A DNA stretch of 64,000 nucleotides from an uncultured Candidatus Saccharibacteria bacterium (GTDB taxonomy: Bacteria > Patescibacteriota > UBA1384 > CAILIB01 > JAUSJZ01): contig CAYQWZ010000001.1 of NCBI GenBank assembly GCA_964421635.1, positions 71,267 to 135,266 of the forward strand. Reading direction: 5' to 3'. Below, piece by piece: positions 56,839 to 64,000 of the stretch; positions within the stretch are counted from its first letter, which is position 1; every line of letters starts with the position of its first letter. The notes under the pieces were generated by a model. The model ran no database searches. It saw nothing but the letters and a program-made list of their open reading frames with translations, and was not told where the DNA came from. The translations under genes were made by a program, and so were the position numbers.

Positions 56839-57752
56839 TAAATAATTTTAAGCACTCTCATTTTAGCACTACGGGAGCGCACATTACTAGACACCTCAAT
56901 ATCTCCTGCAACAATAATCTTTTTATTTAATAAAACCGCAATTGGCTTTTCATAAGTTCCATCCTCCAAACTCTTCTTTATACAATAATTTTTAAAAGAT
57001 CTTTTTACTAATCTATCTTCAAGGGAATGAAAGCTGATAATAGCCACTACACAACCTTTTGGCAACTTCGGCACCTCATCATCTAAAAATAACTTCAGCT
57101 CATCTAGCTCTTTATTGACTGCAATTCTTAGCGCTTGAAATGTTTTAGTAGCCGGATTAATCTTACTTTTCTTTCTAGGTATAGGTACCACTCTCTCAAC
57201 AATCTCTCTTAATTCTTTTGTTGTTTTTATTCGATGATCTCTCCTAATATCTAACACTCTATTAACAATTCGTTTAGCAAACCTCTCTTCTCCATATTTT
57301 TTTAAAATTCTCTCTAACTCAATTTTATTACATCCATTAATTATATCGGCAGCTGAAAGCAGAGATAAATCTGTTTGATCATAGCGCATATCTAGCGGTC
57401 CATCTTTCATAAAGGATAATCCTTTTTGGGCATCGGACATTTGGTCTGAGGAGTAGCCCAGATCTAAAAGCACCATAGAAACATCTTTCAGTTTATCTTT
57501 GGCGATAATTTTTAAATCGGCGTACGAGCCAACCCAGAACTCCGTTCGTTCTTTGTATTTTTTTAAGCGATCTTTGGCTCTGTCAACTGCATCGGGATCT
57601 CGATCAATACCAATAACTTTAAGTTTGCTTTGTTTTAGAACTTCTAAGCTGTGTCCACCCGAACCTAAAGTACCATCAACAAAAATTCCGCCCCGAGACA
57701 GAAATGATAATACTTCTTCAAGCAAAACTGGCTGATGAACAATCTTACTCAT
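56838..57752 (-). CDS. rsmH: 16S rRNA m4C1402 methyltransferase
   Basis: HQPVLL.E, DGTLG.GGH, DLG.SS.Q, GPLDMR, FQALRIAVN, FHSLEDR, RSRSAK. Confidence 0.97.
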   Translation of the reverse strand: MSKIVHQPVLLEEVLSFLSRGGIFVDGTLGSGGHSLEVLKQSKLKVIGIDRDPDAVDRAKDRLKKYKERTEFWVGSYADLKIIAKDKLKDVSMVLLDLGYSSDQMSDAQKGLSFMKDGPLDMRYDQTDLSLLSAADIINGCNKIELERILKKYGEERFAKRIVNRVLDIRRDHRIKTTKELREIVERVVPIPRKKSKINPATKTFQALRIAVNKELDELKLFLDDEVPKLPKGCVVAIISFHSLEDRLVKRSFKNYCIKKSLEDGTYEKPIAVLLNKKIIVAGDIEVSSNVRSRSAKMRVLKII

Positions 57753-58737
57753 TTAAACCTATACCAATAGCTTTTTTAACTTCCATCAAAGTTTTCTGTA
57801 CTTCAGCTCGAGCTTTTTTAGTACCTTCATTTAATATCTTTTCTAATTGCGCGTCTACTAATTTAGCTCGTTTATTTCTCATTGGTTCAATAATCTTTTC
57901 TAAAGCCACAATTAACTTCTCTTTCACTTCTACATCTCCTACTTCTCCCTTTTTATATCTCTTCTTTAAATCAGTAACTTCAGCCTTATTTTCATTAAAG
58001 GCGTCGTGATATTGAAAGACAGGGTTTCCTTCTACTTTTCCTGGATCAGTCGCCTTGGCCCGATTTGGATCAGTAAACATTCCCATCACCTTCTTTTTGA
58101 CATCTTCTTTTGAATCAGACAAAAGAATTGTATTGCCTATACTTTTGCTCATTTTAGCTTGCCCATCTGTACCGACTAAACGAGAGATCTCTTGTAAATA
58201 TGGCTTTGGCAGTTTAAATACTTCCTGCCCAGCAATTGTATTTGCTTTCTTGGCTAGCTCCCTAGTAATCTCAATATGCGACAGCTGATCTTCTCCGACC
58301 GGTACTAGACTAGCGTTAAAACTTAAAATATCTGCTGCTTGTAATACTGGGTAGCCAAGTAACCCAAATGAGGGTTTGCTAATATGTAAATCTGTCATTA
58401 CTTCTTTTAGGGTTGGAATACGCTGCAATCTATTGACTGTTGTCAGCATGCCCAAAATTGTAGCTAACTGACAAATTTCTGGAATATCTGATTGTAAAAA
58501 GAAAGTAACTTTTTTAGGATCAACTCCAGCTGCAATATTATCAGCTAAAACACCCAAAATATTTTTCTTCAAATTGTCTGGGTTTGGTTTAGTAGTTAGG
58601 GTATGTAAATCGGCAATTAAAATATAGGTTTCAAATTCGTCTTGAAACTGAATTCTAGATTGCAAGCTGCCTACCAAATGCCCAATATGAAGTGGGCCAG
58701 TTGGTCTGTCACCAGTTAATATTCGTTTTTTACTCAT
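57745..58737 (-). CDS. trpS: Tryptophanyl-tRNA synthetase
   Basis: TGDRPTG.LHIGH, YPVLQAADI, PVGEDQ, KMSKS. Confidence 0.97.
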   Translation of the reverse strand: MSKKRILTGDRPTGPLHIGHLVGSLQSRIQFQDEFETYILIADLHTLTTKPNPDNLKKNILGVLADNIAAGVDPKKVTFFLQSDIPEICQLATILGMLTTVNRLQRIPTLKEVMTDLHISKPSFGLLGYPVLQAADILSFNASLVPVGEDQLSHIEITRELAKKANTIAGQEVFKLPKPYLQEISRLVGTDGQAKMSKSIGNTILLSDSKEDVKKKVMGMFTDPNRAKATDPGKVEGNPVFQYHDAFNENKAEVTDLKKRYKKGEVGDVEVKEKLIVALEKIIEPMRNKRAKLVDAQLEKILNEGTKKARAEVQKTLMEVKKAIGIGLNE

Positions 58738-58746
58738 GTTCTAACC

Positions 58747-59733
58747 TTATTCGACCACTTCCACCCTGTCAACCGCATATATGGCATTATCGAATATTCC
58801 TAGTATTTTATTTGTCGATCTGTCTATTAATCCTTTTAGTCTTCTTTCTGTTCCAGTACTCTTGCCAACTACTTCAATGGTAGTAATTCCGTTATCAAAC
58901 GGTACTAAGGAATTGCTGCTATTTTTGGTCTGCAATGCGAAATTCAACTCCCCTAGGTCCGTTCCGTCAGTCGGTGCAAAGTACTGAATTGTCACCGTAC
59001 GAGCGTTATTATAGGAAGCTCCTCCGGCCCCTATTCCTAAAGTACTCACTAGTTGAAAGCTAGAGCCTCCTCCTTGCGTAATTGCATCACGGGTATTATT
59101 GGCTAAATTGTAAACAGATTTCACTATTATTTGTCCGTTTTCATCTATGCCTGTTACTACCACCGCTCCCTTTGTTATATTCATGTTGTTAGTGGCAGTT
59201 GGAATATTCTCAGGCTCAGCTCTCAAATAAACCTCCGTGTTAACCTCTTTTTTGAAAGTATAGGTTTCGTCATAGCTCAATTTTCCTAAAGCTGACTCAG
59301 CATCCTGACATTGATTGACTAATCGCCCCTCCACCGCTGCGTAGAAACAGCTCTCCTTACCCAAAAAATAAGTTTGGTTATACATTAAAACTTCAAAAGA
59401 TTGATCAGATGAGCTTAACCGACACAAAGTTGAATCGTCGTGACAAAGGGGAGTTGCATTCATAGCTGGTTTAGTTCCCATCGCTTTAGCGACAATTTTT
59501 ATACTAGGATTACTTTTAACCTGTTCGCTAATCATAGCGTCAGGATTCAATTTATATTGTAGTAGTGCGTACTCCATGCCAGCTTCTGCCGCATGATAAG
59601 CCCTTAATGCTGAATCGTTTATACTGGCAATACGAATTTGTACAATAGCTATTCGCGCTACGCCAAAACCTACTACCGAAATTAAAGCCACCACTAGAAG
59701 CGCAATTAAAACTGCTGATCCTTTATTTTTCAT
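58747..59733 (-). CDS. PilX-like minor pilin
   Basis: KG|SAVLIAL (no Glu5), AY.AAEAG.E. Confidence 0.75.
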   Translation of the reverse strand: MKNKGSAVLIALLVVALISVVGFGVARIAIVQIRIASINDSALRAYHAAEAGMEYALLQYKLNPDAMISEQVKSNPSIKIVAKAMGTKPAMNATPLCHDDSTLCRLSSSDQSFEVLMYNQTYFLGKESCFYAAVEGRLVNQCQDAESALGKLSYDETYTFKKEVNTEVYLRAEPENIPTATNNMNITKGAVVVTGIDENGQIIVKSVYNLANNTRDAITQGGGSSFQLVSTLGIGAGGASYNNARTVTIQYFAPTDGTDLGELNFALQTKNSSNSLVPFDNGITTIEVVGKSTGTERRLKGLIDRSTNKILGIFDNAIYAVDRVEVVE

Positions 59734-60476
59734 AAACTCTGGCTTTGGTTATAAAATCTGGGCGAAATTGAGGTTTGATATGTCTTTTGACGAAGAATAT
59801 TTGTACCGCTAAATTGACCAACCTTAATTTTTATTTGTAAAATAACTGGAGCAGTTTCATCTATCGCCGCCGGATCAAGGGTTAAATTACCAGCTTCACT
59901 ACCAGCTAAAGTAGCGCTAAACTTAGAAACTTTAAATGGTCGATTAGCAGCAGTTGCATCCCACAGCACTTTCGTGTATGGGTCAAAAGAATAAGTATTA
60001 GAACCAACAGGAGTAGTGAAACCGCAATCTGCTCTGGCACCATTTAGAGTTGTCGCTTCAAAAACATTCTCTGAAAATGAATAATAATCTACAGCATTGC
60101 CTCTAATTAAAAAATGATGAATTCTATAAATATCTGGATTGCTGCTCACTTTAACATTGATATATACACCACTAGAGCTATTCGCTCCCCCCGTGCTACT
60201 TATTTCTATTATCCCCTCTCTAGCAGCTAAACTTTTGGGGTCAGTCTGCCCCTGACATATAAAATCTCCATTGCCATCTTTGGCAGCTGTGGCATATCTA
60301 GCAATTCGCGCTACTGTTTGCGTCATTTCAAAACCGGCAACTGACACTTTGCGATCTTCTTCATTTAAAACAGAGAATTTGGTTACTGAACTTAAAGATG
60401 TAAGAGCGGAAAGCAAAACGGCAGCAAAAATTGTTGATGCAATCAAAAGTTCAATTAGACTATATCCTTTTTTCAT
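59730..60476 (-). CDS. Type IV minor pilin (PilW-like)
   Basis: KG|YSLIELL class III signal. Confidence 0.8.
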   Translation of the reverse strand: MKKGYSLIELLIASTIFAAVLLSALTSLSSVTKFSVLNEEDRKVSVAGFEMTQTVARIARYATAAKDGNGDFICQGQTDPKSLAAREGIIEISSTGGANSSSGVYINVKVSSNPDIYRIHHFLIRGNAVDYYSFSENVFEATTLNGARADCGFTTPVGSNTYSFDPYTKVLWDATAANRPFKVSKFSATLAGSEAGNLTLDPAAIDETAPVILQIKIKVGQFSGTNILRQKTYQTSISPRFYNQSQSL

Positions 60477-61003
60477 AAGACTGCCGGCTGCCAGTTAGTG
60501 ATAATACTACTCAATGAATACTGACTATTATTTACTACTCCATTCCATTTAATATCAACCTCTATTAGTAAATAATCGTCTTTATATTGATTGTGTTCTA
60601 GCTCTTCAGTGTTACCCGAGTTACTATTTTGAAAACTCAAAAACGGTAAACTGTTGTCACTGTTACGATAAATACACACCCGTTTTTCGTATACTGTATC
60701 TGTGACCGGCGACCAATTACTGCATCTATTTATATTTACTCCAGCATAAGACAGGACATTTTGATCCCAGTTAGCCACTGCTGAATCAATAGCTCTAGAA
60801 TCATTCCAGTTTTTATCTTTGTTATATCTAATATTCTCTAATTCTTGCTGCGCTATTAAAGCAGCCCCCGACCTTTCGTTAGCCCGCGCTGTATTTCTAT
60901 TAATACTTGAGCTAACACCATAAAATACTAAAACCAGTGTTGCCAATATTGCACTGGCAATTAATGTTTCTGCTAATCCGAATCCGGCTTTTTGTAACTT
61001 CAT
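60473..61003 (-). CDS. Type IV minor pilin (PilV-like)
   Basis: AG|FGLAETL; A..IAQ..LE.IR. Confidence 0.78.
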   Translation of the reverse strand: MKLQKAGFGLAETLIASAILATLVLVFYGVSSSINRNTARANERSGAALIAQQELENIRYNKDKNWNDSRAIDSAVANWDQNVLSYAGVNINRCSNWSPVTDTVYEKRVCIYRNSDNSLPFLSFQNSNSGNTEELEHNQYKDDYLLIEVDIKWNGVVNNSQYSLSSIITNWQPAVL

Positions 61004-61006
61004 TTA

Positions 61007-61510
61007 TTAATTAGTAATGATGCCTGTACTAAAGTTGATAGTAACTATATCGCTTAAACCAGAAGAATCTTGAACTATATAAATAAAAGCAGAATTGCTT
61101 AATGCTACCGAGCCGCTTCCGTCACTGTTGCGTGCCTCGCCAGAAACTAAGTAAGGATTATCTGTAGAGAATTTTATTACAACTACTGGTTTGCCTTTCA
61201 CAATCTCTTTCAGAGTGTATCCGTTATCAATAGTATATTCGTTGTAGTTTTCTGTCGCACCGTTTGTCACAGCCACAACATTACAGCTTCTATTACTTAC
61301 TACCGCTTGATACTCGTCTATTTCATGAGAGCTTGGGGCCTGTGCTTTAGCCTTAGCCTCAGCTATACAGCTAGAAATCAAATTTACAGTATTTTCTTTA
61401 CTCTTTTGATCTTCCAATTTAGATAACGAAGGAATTGAGGCAACAGCTAAGAGCGCCAATATGCCTACCGTTACTAATATCTCTAAAAGAGAAAAACCTC
61501 TTTTTTTCAT
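61007..61510 (-). CDS. Type IV pilin (FimT/FimU-like)
   Basis: RG|FSLLEIL.. class III signal. Confidence 0.8.
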   Translation of the reverse strand: MKKRGFSLLEILVTVGILALLAVASIPSLSKLEDQKSKENTVNLISSCIAEAKAKAQAPSSHEIDEYQAVVSNRSCNVVAVTNGATENYNEYTIDNGYTLKEIVKGKPVVVIKFSTDNPYLVSGEARNSDGSGSVALSNSAFIYIVQDSSGLSDIVTINFSTGIITN

Positions 61511-62283
61511 AAATAATATCCTAAATACCAGTTTACTATCTGCTGTCCATAAAGTAGAGCAAAAAACCCGCCCAAAACTAAAGCCGGAGCAAAAGCAATT
61601 GTGGTATATTTATTTTTACCTTTATTTTGATACAAAATTGACAGTCCCATAAGTGAACCAATTATGAAGGATAAAAACAGAGCCACATAAATATTTGGCG
61701 TCCCAACCATTAGGCCAATCATCGCTCCAATATAAATATCTCCAACCCCCATAGCCTCTTGTTTAGCAATCTTGGTGGCTAGAAATCTGAGCAATAATAA
61801 AAACACCGCCGCAATAACAGCCGCTAATATTGCATTAGATAAATATGTAATACCGCGAGTCCATTGTAAAATTACCGCTAAAAATATGCTCAAATACATT
61901 GTTTGATCTTGAATATACATTGTGCGCGCATCATATAAATATATTACTACCCAAGCAGAAATAATTATTAAAAGTAATATAAACTGCCACCAAAGCAGAA
62001 TTGGACTCATTTCAATATAAGTTAATCCATAAATAATTGCTGTTGCTATCTCAATAAATAAATAACTACTAGCTATTTTTTTAGTACACTTGCGACATTT
62101 ACCATACTGAATCAAATAACTAAATATAGGAATCAATTCATACCATTTTAGTTCTTCTTTACACTTTGGGCAGGCGCTTCTACCAATTAATATTTTTCGG
62201 TAATCTGGAATAGCTAAAGCTACAACATTCAAAAACGAACCAGCAAAAGTACCGATGCCGGCTACTATGATAAGTTCCGCCAT
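61507..62283 (-). CDS. pilD: Prepilin peptidase
   Basis: GSFLNV, RS.CPKC, IPIFSY...GKCRKC, YD, MGVGD, AFAP. Confidence 0.92.
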   Translation of the reverse strand: MAELIIVAGIGTFAGSFLNVVALAIPDYRKILIGRSACPKCKEELKWYELIPIFSYLIQYGKCRKCTKKIASSYLFIEIATAIIYGLTYIEMSPILLWWQFILLLIIISAWVVIYLYDARTMYIQDQTMYLSIFLAVILQWTRGITYLSNAILAAVIAAVFLLLLRFLATKIAKQEAMGVGDIYIGAMIGLMVGTPNIYVALFLSFIIGSLMGLSILYQNKGKNKYTTIAFAPALVLGGFFALLYGQQIVNWYLGYYL

Positions 62284-62346
62284 AAATGATAGAAAATACC
62301 CCTCCATATACCTCCATGCTACAATATGCTAGAACAATAAACAATT

Positions 62347-63069
62347 ATGCAAACTAATATCATTGAAGTATCAAGGCTTTCAAAACACTATCAAATTTCT
62401 TTTAATAAATCCTTCGTTGCCCTTAAGCAAGCTTCCTTTGAAGTAAGAGCCGCTGAGATTGTCAGTTTTATTGGAGCCAATGGCGCCGGCAAGAGCACAT
62501 TACTTAAAGTTCTAGCCGGTATTAATCAGCCGACAGAAGGATCCGTAAAAATATTTAATCAGCTAAATAACTCTCAAGTCGCCAAAAATAAAATTGCTTT
62601 TATGCCTGAAAATCCTCAATTTTTTGGTGAATTAAATGCCTTACAAACTCTCAAACTATTCGCCTCTTTTTATAATGATCCTGTCGAAGATGTCTCTGCT
62701 TTACTTAAATTAGTAGGATTAGAAAATGCCACTAAAAAACCAATTAACAACTTCTCAAAAGGAATGAAACAAAGACTAGGTTTCGCTCAGTGTTTAGTTG
62801 GTAATCCTTTGGTCATTTTTTTAGATGAACCTCTGGACGGGCTTGACCCAATTGGTCGAAGAGAATTAAAACAAAACTTCATTAACCTTAAAAAGAAGGG
62901 GGTAACGATAGTTTTATGTTCACACATATTAAGCGACATAGATGAAGTCTCAGACCGCATTGGAGTTATTCATCGGGGAAAAGTGCTAAAGTTGACGACT
63001 CCCAAACAGTTTAAACAGAATCATAGTCTAGAGCAGGCTTTCTTTAAGTTTATTAAATCGCGATCATGA
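62347..63069 (+). CDS. ABC transporter ATP-binding protein (PilH-like)
   Basis: GANGAGKS, FSKGMKQR, LDEP..GLDP, SH. Confidence 0.9.
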   Translation: MQTNIIEVSRLSKHYQISFNKSFVALKQASFEVRAAEIVSFIGANGAGKSTLLKVLAGINQPTEGSVKIFNQLNNSQVAKNKIAFMPENPQFFGELNALQTLKLFASFYNDPVEDVSALLKLVGLENATKKPINNFSKGMKQRLGFAQCLVGNPLVIFLDEPLDGLDPIGRRELKQNFINLKKKGVTIVLCSHILSDIDEVSDRIGVIHRGKVLKLTTPKQFKQNHSLEQAFFKFIKSRS

Positions 63070-63827
63070 AATCATTTATTGCCATTACTAAATTAACTGC
63101 TCTGCAAGTGATAAAGGGTCGAGTATTCAATTTGTCGTTACTATTATCTGTTTTGCTGACAATAATGGTAATCGCTTTTTCAGATATCTCTCTTGACCAA
63201 AATATTCGCATCATTCAAAACTTCGGCCTAGCTGGTACTTTTCTGCTAGCTATTATAATTAGTATTGTGTCGGCAGCCAATATTGTCAGTAGCGAACAGC
63301 AGAAAGGTAATATCTATTTAATCAAGCCCAAACCTGTTTCCGATCTTTCCTATGTAGCCGGTAAGTTTTTTGGATTAACTTTAAGTCTACTTGTAATTTA
63401 CACCGTCTCATTTTTCATACTTTTTATTACAGCTAATTTCTTTTTTGAACTGAACATCCCTCAAATATTTATTCCTTTCTTTTTTTCATTTTTTGAAATT
63501 GCAATTTTAATTGCTGTGGCTATCCTTTTTTCATCTTTCTCTACAGCAATATTCTCTACACTTCTCACTCTAGCCGTTTTTGTTGTCGGACATTCTCTAA
63601 GCTTAATTTTAAGCGCCGCCACTCAAACAGGTGGCGTAGCTGAACTTGTTGGCAAACTAATTTACTATGTTATGCCAAATTTAGAGAAATTTAATTTACG
63701 AGAAACAATTTACACACTACCTCAATTATCTAGCAGCTTTTATATTTGGTCAGCCATCTACGCTCTTTTTTATATCTGCCTGTGTATAAGTCTGGCAACG
63801 CTGGCTACCAAAAAACGAGAATGGTGA
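63066..63827 (+). CDS. ABC-2 type permease (PilI-like)
   Basis: About 6 TM segments; IY.I..KPVS...Y..GKF.G, PNLE.FN. Confidence 0.82.
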   Translation: MKSFIAITKLTALQVIKGRVFNLSLLLSVLLTIMVIAFSDISLDQNIRIIQNFGLAGTFLLAIIISIVSAANIVSSEQQKGNIYLIKPKPVSDLSYVAGKFFGLTLSLLVIYTVSFFILFITANFFFELNIPQIFIPFFFSFFEIAILIAVAILFSSFSTAIFSTLLTLAVFVVGHSLSLILSAATQTGGVAELVGKLIYYVMPNLEKFNLRETIYTLPQLSSSFYIWSAIYALFYICLCISLATLATKKREW

Positions 63828-64000
63828 AAGATCAATATTTAAATATTCTATCTCTTGTTTGGACCGCTCTAATTTTACTAACAGCCGGTTTGGCTCAAGC
63901 CAAGACTGACCAAATTTTACATCAAGAATATTTGCAATTAAATATTAAACAGGTTCCTCCTACAAATTATTTATCAGTAGACAATATTAAAAAGATTAAT
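63821..64000 (+). CDS. 5' part of a membrane or secreted protein (runs off the window)
   Basis: Open frame MVKDQYLNILSLVWTALILLTAGLAQAK... overlapping the permease stop. Confidence 0.55.
   Translation, partial: MVKDQYLNILSLVWTALILLTAGLAQAKTDQILHQEYLQLNIKQVPPTNYLSVDNIKKIN

Noticed and set aside
1-64000. CRISPR arrays, tRNAs, IS elements, prophage
   Set aside because: No spaced direct repeats, cloverleafs, transposases or phage structural genes recognised; the Cas4-like domain is part of the helicase fusion

Overview
AT-rich, gene-dense bacterial chromosome segment, genetic code 11, with many TAATG/ATGA overlaps. Gene content and style suggest a Patescibacteria/CPR-type reduced genome. This is an inference from the truncated Mfd, shortened L1, tandem membrane-anchored VirD4/VirB4-like ATPases, DUF11 surface proteins and type IV pilin cluster. 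Positions 0.8-19.4 kb are a + strand housekeeping block (hinT, rpsU, ybeY, ftsAZ, nrdR-nrdJ plus a putative cobalamin-capture module, a UvrD-nuclease fusion, rmuC, secDF). Positions 19.8-62.3 kb are almost all on the - strand (two coupling-protein-like ATPases, tgt, rplJL with L10 leader, rplA, pth, prfB, DUF11/LPxTG proteins, a Phd-Doc pair, cysS, recR, topA, dprA, mfd, rplK-nusG-secE, rplU, rodA, ileS, rnh, rsmH, trpS, pilins, prepilin peptidase). Highlights: (1) GC-rich orphan transcription units with native AT-rich promoters, strong SD sequences and end hairpins, set against many apparently leaderless core genes; (2) nrdJ linked to DUF4430 and an ECF S-component-like gene, with NrdR and DnaA boxes upstream; (3) two unannotated structured RNA candidates; (4) a dif-like 11-6-11 site; (5) several enzymes missing catalytic residues or domains. 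No rRNA, tRNA, CRISPR array, integrase or transposase was recognised. All family calls are from motif recognition by eye, not database searches.
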